Shown here piece after piece: positions 58,628-64,000 of a DNA stretch of 64,000 bases (position 1 is the first letter of the stretch; every line of letters starts with the position of its first letter). The notes beneath the pieces were generated by a model, which saw only the letters and a program-made list of their open reading frames with translations, did not search any database and had not been told where the DNA came from. A program made the translations under genes and the position numbers. Location: NCBI GenBank assembly GCA_007136405.1, contig SLHA01000044.1, forward strand, positions 3,454 to 67,453, read 5' to 3'. This DNA is from Candidatus Latescibacterota bacterium. Lineage in GTDB: Bacteria > Latescibacterota > UBA2968 > UBA8231.

Positions 58628-59941
58628 ATGAATTTCCAAAATTGGCGCACCCGCTGGCGCCCGGGCGCGAATTCACCTGTTCCCGGGCGGCCCCCTGACC
58701 ACGAGCGCGCCTCGGCGTCTCCGGCGGAAGCGAATGCCCCAACCCACCCAGCCCCGGATGGCTCACCTCGTGGAGCGTTGCGATTCGTCGTGCTGTGCGC
58801 CAGCGTCGTCATGCTGGCCTTTCTGGGAACCAATCAGGCATGGAGTGTGTTCATCGCTCCCCTGCGGGACGCGTTCGCGTTCTCGGATTCGCAACTCCAG
58901 TTCGTGTTCACCACGGGTACACTGACGTTCTGCAGCGTCATCATCCTTGGAGGACGTCTCCACGACCGCTTTGGCGTAAGGCCGCTGGCCCTGGCCAGCG
59001 CGCTACTGATGGGTATCGGCTGGTGGTTGGCGTCTGCGGGAGGATCGCGCTACATCTGCCTCTGGCTGGGCATCGGCGTTCTGGTCAGCTCCGGATCGGC
59101 CATGGGATACGTATGCCCTCTGGCCACCGCCATCAAATGGTTCCCCCACCGGGCCGGGCTGGTGGCCGGGCTTTCAGCGGCGGGTTTCGGTTCGGGACCG
59201 ATACTGCTGTCCAACGTCGTCGAGGTACTGCTGAGAAACGGGTGGCCGGCATTGCGGATATTCGGCCTTGTCGGGGGCGTTTGGGCACCGGTCATCCTGG
59301 CCACCGGTCTTCTGCTCGTATCACCGCAAGGCCGCAATCCGGCACTCCGGGCATCCACCTTCAATCGGCGGGATCTGTGGGTCGACATACGCTTCTGGAC
59401 GCTGTTCGCCGGCATGCTCTTCGGTACGCTGCCGTACCTGGTAGTCATGGGCAGCGTCAAACCACTGGGTACGGCCTTCGGCATCGGCGCCGCCGCCGCC
59501 GCCGCAACCATCTCCGTGGTGGCCGGCGGCAATACGGTTGGTCGTATCGCCTGGGGTGTGCTCGTGGACCGCCTGGGGCCGCGCCGGGCCATGCTGGCAG
59601 CACAATACGGCATGCTGGTATCCATCCTGTGCCTGCTCTTGACCGGTCGCGCCCATGCGGTGGCGTTCCTGGTAGCGGCATTCGGCGTCGGTTTCTGTTA
59701 CGGCAGCAATTTCTCCATATATCCGGCCACCGTCTCCCGGCTGTACGGGGCCCACGTCATCGGCTCCGTCTATCCGTTCGTCATGGCGGCCCAGGGGATA
59801 TCGTCTTTCGGTCCCACCCTGAACGGCATGCTGTTCGACCACACCGGATCCTACCTTCCGGGTTTGAGCCTGGCGGCGGTCCTGGCCGCTGCGGGCATCT
59901 TCCTGACTCTGCGTCTGTCCAGGACCATGGCGACTACCTGA
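58628..59941 (+). CDS. MFS transporter, oxalate/formate antiporter (OFA) family
   Basis: AWSVF, G.LHDRFG.R, KWFPHRAGL..G...AGFG, GRIAWG.LVDRLG; start uncertain. Confidence 0.85.
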   Translation: MNFQNWRTRWRPGANSPVPGRPPDHERASASPAEANAPTHPAPDGSPRGALRFVVLCASVVMLAFLGTNQAWSVFIAPLRDAFAFSDSQLQFVFTTGTLTFCSVIILGGRLHDRFGVRPLALASALLMGIGWWLASAGGSRYICLWLGIGVLVSSGSAMGYVCPLATAIKWFPHRAGLVAGLSAAGFGSGPILLSNVVEVLLRNGWPALRIFGLVGGVWAPVILATGLLLVSPQGRNPALRASTFNRRDLWVDIRFWTLFAGMLFGTLPYLVVMGSVKPLGTAFGIGAAAAAATISVVAGGNTVGRIAWGVLVDRLGPRRAMLAAQYGMLVSILCLLLTGRAHAVAFLVAAFGVGFCYGSNFSIYPATVSRLYGAHVIGSVYPFVMAAQGISSFGPTLNGMLFDHTGSYLPGLSLAAVLAAAGIFLTLRLSRTMATT

Positions 59942-60009
59942 GCCGCGGCGGATCGGCGGATCGGCGGATCGCCACCAGACATCCGCTATTGTTGGGGTTG
60001 AGTGGCGGC

Positions 60010-60135
60010 CAGGAGCGGCGGCGAATCGGGGCAGGCGGCGCCCAGGAGCCGCGGCGGATCGAGGCGGGTGGCGCCCAGGAGCCGCGGCGGATCGAGGCGG
60101 GTGGCGCCCAGGAGCCGCGGCGGACCGGCGGATCG
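60010..60135. repeat. 33-bp tandem repeat (about 4 copies) between convergent MFS and YihY
   Basis: CAGGAGCCGCGGCGGATCGAGGCGGGTGGCGCC; CAGGAGC at 60010, 60043, 60076, 60109. Confidence 0.92.
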
Positions 60136-60186
60136 AAGCCATGCACCGCTACCAAGCGGGGCCCGTGGCGCCATTCTGACGCGAAA

Positions 60187-60990
60187 TCAGCGACGAATTT
60201 CGAGGTTGTGGACCAGCTCGGCCCCTATCAGGAAAATACTGGCGGCGAAAAACAGCCACATCAAAAACGTGATGATCGCGGTCAGCGACCCGTAGACCGC
60301 CCCCAGACGCGCCAGTTTGAAGGCCATGTACAGCGTGAAAAGATGCTTGGCCGCCTCCAGGAACAGAGACGCGAACAGGCTGCCCAGAACTGCATGGCGC
60401 AACGCGACAGACCGGCGCGGCAATAGCATGTACAGCGCCGTAGTGACCATAAAAACGAGCAGGACGGGTATGGCGAAGCGCGACAGGAAGTGGGTGGCGG
60501 CGCTCACCTGCAGGTCCGGAAACAATTCCTGGAGCGGATGGAGCAGGGACATGAACCAGGTCGCACTGAAGGAGATGCCGATAAAAACGACCAGCAGGGT
60601 AATGGTAAAAAACGAGATGAGTACCGACATGCCCAGCGGCCTTCTGGCCTCTACCTTGAACACATGCTGTATACCGCTTTCCAGCGCGCCGTACAGTTGA
60701 TACGAGAAAAACGCATAGACCAGCAGATTGGGAATCGCGATATCTTTGAGCCGCATGATCGATTCCAGTTCACGCGTGATCTGATGGGTAGCGTCCGGAA
60801 AAACACTCACCACCTGGTCCAACAGAAACGGGTACATCGGGCTTTCCTGACCGAGCAAGTAGCCGAATATGGAAACCAGAAAGATGAGAAACGGCATGAT
60901 GGCCAGCATGGAGAAACACGATATGGCCCCGGCCAGAATAGGGCCATCATCCTTGAAGAAATCCGACACACTGTCGAGCAGGATCCGCAT
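60187..60990 (-). CDS. YihY/virulence factor BrkB family membrane protein
   Basis: DDG.ILAGAIS.F..L...PF, VYGSL...ITFLMWLF....IFLIGAE. Confidence 0.88.
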   Translation of the reverse strand: MRILLDSVSDFFKDDGPILAGAISCFSMLAIMPFLIFLVSIFGYLLGQESPMYPFLLDQVVSVFPDATHQITRELESIMRLKDIAIPNLLVYAFFSYQLYGALESGIQHVFKVEARRPLGMSVLISFFTITLLVVFIGISFSATWFMSLLHPLQELFPDLQVSAATHFLSRFAIPVLLVFMVTTALYMLLPRRSVALRHAVLGSLFASLFLEAAKHLFTLYMAFKLARLGAVYGSLTAIITFLMWLFFAASIFLIGAELVHNLEIRR

Positions 60991-61074
60991 TCCAGCACCT
61001 CGCTGCCGCACTGACGTGGTCCCGGCAATATGCTATTGTGGCGCCAACCACGTCCGCCGTGCCGCCCGCCCGTA

Positions 61075-61986
61075 TCACCCCAGCGCCACCAGCACCAAAC
61101 CGATGAACATTACCGCCGCGCCGGCGAGTTTGGGAGGATGTCGCGGTTCCTTGAGGACCACGATACCCAGCAGGGTTCCCAACGGGATACTCAGTTGGCG
61201 CAACCCTACTACATAGCTTACGTTGTCGGCAAAAGCAAGAGACACCAGTACGATTGCATAGGTGAAGTGGATGGCCGCGCCGGTCAAGCCGGCATGACGC
61301 AGACCATTGTGCATGACGTGACGCATATCTGCACGTCCCTGGCCGGTAATCCCGATATACACCGCCATCCAGCACGAGGCAACCGCGGCCTGCAGGCAGG
61401 CGTACGCCAGGGTCATCGGAACCATGGGCACCGTCATGAGCGGATGCTCGCGCAGCTGTCGCAGCGCCTCATCGTCGGCGATGGAATACCCGGAGGTTCC
61501 TACGGCCGCCATCAAGGCCAGTCCGCACGTCGGGGTAAGGTAATTGCGCAGGTGCAGATTGCCGAAACGCTCCAGCGGGATGAGGAAGCAGCCACCGACC
61601 ACCAGTCCGATGCCGACGATGCACTGTGTGCTGATCTGCTCGCCTCGTCCCAGCAGGAAGGTGACGACGGCCACCACGATGACCGGCGAGGACCGGGCCA
61701 ACGGATAGGCTACGGACAGGTCTCCCGCTCTGTACGCCCCTGCCAGGCTGACATAGTACAAGGCCATGAAGAGTCCCGTGATGACCAGTAACAGCCATAC
61801 CTGCGCCGGGATGGTCGCGAACATGACCCGTGCATGCCATACAAGCACCGGGGACAGCATCACGGCACCCGTGGTACTCGCCACGAGCAGGAACGCCGCC
61901 CGGGGCCGCTGACTCTTGCCTAGCAGATTCCAGCCCGCGTGCATGACAGCCGAAACGACCACGAGTACGATGGCTATGGGAGACAT
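61075..61986 (-). CDS. EamA/DMT family transporter
   Basis: SAVMHAGWNLL.K, AYRAGDLSVAYPLARS, LRQLSI...LG..VLKE. Confidence 0.9.
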   Translation of the reverse strand: MSPIAIVLVVVSAVMHAGWNLLGKSQRPRAAFLLVASTTGAVMLSPVLVWHARVMFATIPAQVWLLLVITGLFMALYYVSLAGAYRAGDLSVAYPLARSSPVIVVAVVTFLLGRGEQISTQCIVGIGLVVGGCFLIPLERFGNLHLRNYLTPTCGLALMAAVGTSGYSIADDEALRQLREHPLMTVPMVPMTLAYACLQAAVASCWMAVYIGITGQGRADMRHVMHNGLRHAGLTGAAIHFTYAIVLVSLAFADNVSYVVGLRQLSIPLGTLLGIVVLKEPRHPPKLAGAAVMFIGLVLVALG

Positions 61987-62377
61987 GGACCTCCTGGCCT
62001 GTCAGGGTCCTGCAGACAAAGCCGACGGTCCTGCCTGCAATGCGCCTATGGAATTTCGATTCACAGCAAGGGCGATGATGGCGAAAACCGTTGCCCCAGG
62101 CCTGCGGCTGAGTCGGGGAGATGGAACCGGCCGCATGAAACCGGCCTCATAATGTAGGCCGTCCCCCCGCCTACGGCCAGAACCTGATCGCCGTACAGAC
62201 GCTGGAATGCCTGCGTCCGCCCTTCGGTGGGCTGCTTGCCGGCGCCTCGCGGAACCCCTTGGTTGACCTTACGGAATGTCCGGACCAGCTTTTCTGGCAC
62301 GGTACCGCTGGCCGGCACAGAGCGTTTCTGGCCAGCTCCGGCTTCGCCGGCAACAACCCCATGACCGGGAGGCGCCC

Positions 62378-64000
62378 TTGATCTCCGCCAACGTCGTTCC
62401 GCAGGCCCTGATGGCCTCCGGAGATGCCTGCATCCAGAAGCTGCTGACCCGCAAGGACACCGAAGTCATCCCCGCGTTTGCCTGTCGCCTGGACGGCTTC
62501 GTCAATGACACCTTCACCGAGTATGCCAATCCATCCGTCTACCGGCCGTCATCGGTCTGCGCCGCCCGGCTGGTCAGCACGCTGGAAGACACGGTACGCC
62601 GGGCTGGTGAATATTACCTCGCCTTCTCGATGTATACCACTGCGGGTCAGCAGGAAACCATCGACATCCACATCGGCCACCGCTGCGTCGCCCGGGCCGA
62701 AAATCCGGATCCGGACAACCGTCTGCATCTTTTCGTCGTTCCCGGCCGACATGCGTTCAGGGGCGGCGAACCCATCCGCCTGGTCACCGGGGCCACCACC
62801 GGTCCGTGCCGCATCGAAAACCTGGTCCTGCTCTCCGTCAAACCGGAGGTCGAGCCGCGGCAACTGGTCATCACATCGCCCCATGCCGATGTGCGCCTCA
62901 CGGGTGACCGCGCCACCGCATGGATCACCTGGATCGCCAGTCGTCCAGCCACCGGGGTACTGCGCTGGAGACAGGCAGATGGCCCTTCCAGCGTCATCGA
63001 ACTGTCACAGCCTCGCACCAATGGCGAAGTCTCCCTTGCCGGACTGGAACTCGACCGGAAGCACACCTTCCACCTCGAACTCACGGATCCCACAGGAGAG
63101 CTGCGCACGGAGTACGAGGGCAGTTTCGTCACCACGGTGATCTTGCCTCCAACCGTCTCCCGCACCAAATGCCTGGAGATCGTCCGGCGTCGGCGGGGCG
63201 GCCCCTGGCCCGTCTCCGTCGGTGTGCCGCTGCCCGCAGGCACGCTGGCGGACACTCGCCGGATGCGCCTGCTGCAGGGCGGAGACCCCGTTCCCTGTCA
63301 GAGCCGGGCACTGGCTCATTGGGACGATGGATCGATCAAATGGGCCTTGCTGGATTTCGTCGCTGACGGAACTTCAGACTACACCTGGGAATGCGGCACC
63401 GGCATAACCGCCCCCACCAGCGACGCGGGACTGGACTACGTCGAATCCGCGACCGGCATCACGGTCACCACCGGACCCATTCGGGTGGAATGGCGGCATG
63501 ACCACCTGTCGCTCCCGGGCATCGTTTCCACCAGACAGCCCTGTGGCGACTACACCCCGATCACCCCGCCATCGACTGCGGCAGCGGTCACCCTGGTCGA
63601 GGCGAACGACACCACGTACCAGGCCTTGACGCCGGATTCGATCACGCTCGAGGAAACCGGTCCGCAACGGGCCTGCGTTCGCCTGGACTGCACCCATCGG
63701 AGCCAGGCGGGCACCGTTCTGTTCCGGTCGACCTTCCGTATCCATGTGTTCCGCGACAGCAGCCTCATCCGGGTGCTGCACACGGTCGAGAATGACAACA
63801 CCAAAGCGCCCTTCACCACCATCCGTCAGCTCTCCCTGCGCGCCGGATTCGACTTGCGCCAAACGGTCTCCGGACAATTGGAGGGATGCGACGCGGCCCC
63901 GTCCGCTCCGGCGCTGCTGCGGCAGATCCACGATGACACGTTCCGGGTCATGCAGGGCGAAGCCATGCTGCACCAGGGACAACGCGCCGCCGGCACGGCA
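62378..64000 (+). CDS. Large PcRGLX/YetA-like (exo-rhamnogalacturonan-lyase-like) protein, truncated at window end
   Basis: Open frame from TTG (GGGAGG SD) absent from ORF track because unterminated; PVSVGVPLPAG...PCQ..LAHWDDGSIKW, ITVTTGP, LEETGP.RA motifs. Confidence 0.65.
   Translation, partial: MISANVVPQALMASGDACIQKLLTRKDTEVIPAFACRLDGFVNDTFTEYANPSVYRPSSVCAARLVSTLEDTVRRAGEYYLAFSMYTTAGQQETIDIHIGHRCVARAENPDPDNRLHLFVVPGRHAFRGGEPIRLVTGATTGPCRIENLVLLSVKPEVEPRQLVITSPHADVRLTGDRATAWITWIASRPATGVLRWRQADGPSSVIELSQPRTNGEVSLAGLELDRKHTFHLELTDPTGELRTEYEGSFVTTVILPPTVSRTKCLEIVRRRRGGPWPVSVGVPLPAGTLADTRRMRLLQGGDPVPCQSRALAHWDDGSIKWALLDFVADGTSDYTWECGTGITAPTSDAGLDYVESATGITVTTGPIRVEWRHDHLSLPGIVSTRQPCGDYTPITPPSTAAAVTLVEANDTTYQALTPDSITLEETGPQRACVRLDCTHRSQAGTVLFRSTFRIHVFRDSSLIRVLHTVENDNTKAPFTTIRQLSLRAGFDLRQTVSGQLEGCDAAPSAPALLRQIHDDTFRVMQGEAMLHQGQRAAGTA

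Noticed and set aside
58795-60426. 543-aa ORF with GGAQEPRRIEA repeats
   Set aside because: Off-frame overlap of the MFS gene; the peptide repeats are just the translated 33-bp VNTR
62140-62381. Start-less open frame (YGQNLIAVQTLECLRPPFGGLLAG...) as gene relic
   Set aside because: No start or SD and no family I can recognise; would need a tblastn/HMM hit

Overview
Core-chromosome housekeeping region of a GC-rich diderm bacterium. PorV-like, DUF4321, SUMF1/FGE-domain and URO-D-family genes suggest an FCB-group lineage such as Ca. Latescibacterota; this is inference only. Contents in order: (i) minus-strand branched-chain amino-acid cluster ilvC | promoter-leader-leuA-leuC-leuD-leuB-cimA-argJ-aminotransferase; (ii) a mixed block with a GNAT, an HpcH-like aldolase, a lipoprotein, a secreted/OM protein, a divergent serine-acetyltransferase-like protein, an MBL hydrolase, NAD kinase, Fe-ADH and two beta-hydroxyacid dehydrogenases; (iii) a long minus-strand run ndk(relic)-yceD-rpmF-fabH-fabG-fabZ-acpP-fabF-rnc-lipoate ligase-dppD-dppF-ppiD; (iv) a plus-strand run HD hydrolase, SUMF1 protein, rlmI, short uvrC-ogt-xerD, ecfT, truA, htrA, pssA, DUF4321, tatA, gatA, porV-like; (v) DUF151, radC, lnt-tatC, nadX-like plus aminotransferase, manA, TPR lipoprotein, HU, URO-D family, FMN reductase, MFS, YihY, EamA and a truncated PcRGLX/YetA-like protein. 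I found no rRNA, tRNA, CRISPR array, phage or intact IS. The most interesting non-obvious signals are: an unannotated Leu/Ile-rich leader peptide with alternative hairpins but no U-tract terminator, plus a second SD-sequestered sORF, ahead of the leuA...cimA operon; an in-frame-deleted, catalytically dead ndk relic still coupled to yceD; a long hairpin in the rnc leader; a XerD with an early TAG; a NadX-like protein lacking the catalytic His; and several degenerate tandem repeats downstream of stop codons. All calls are by-eye motif recognition; no searches were run.
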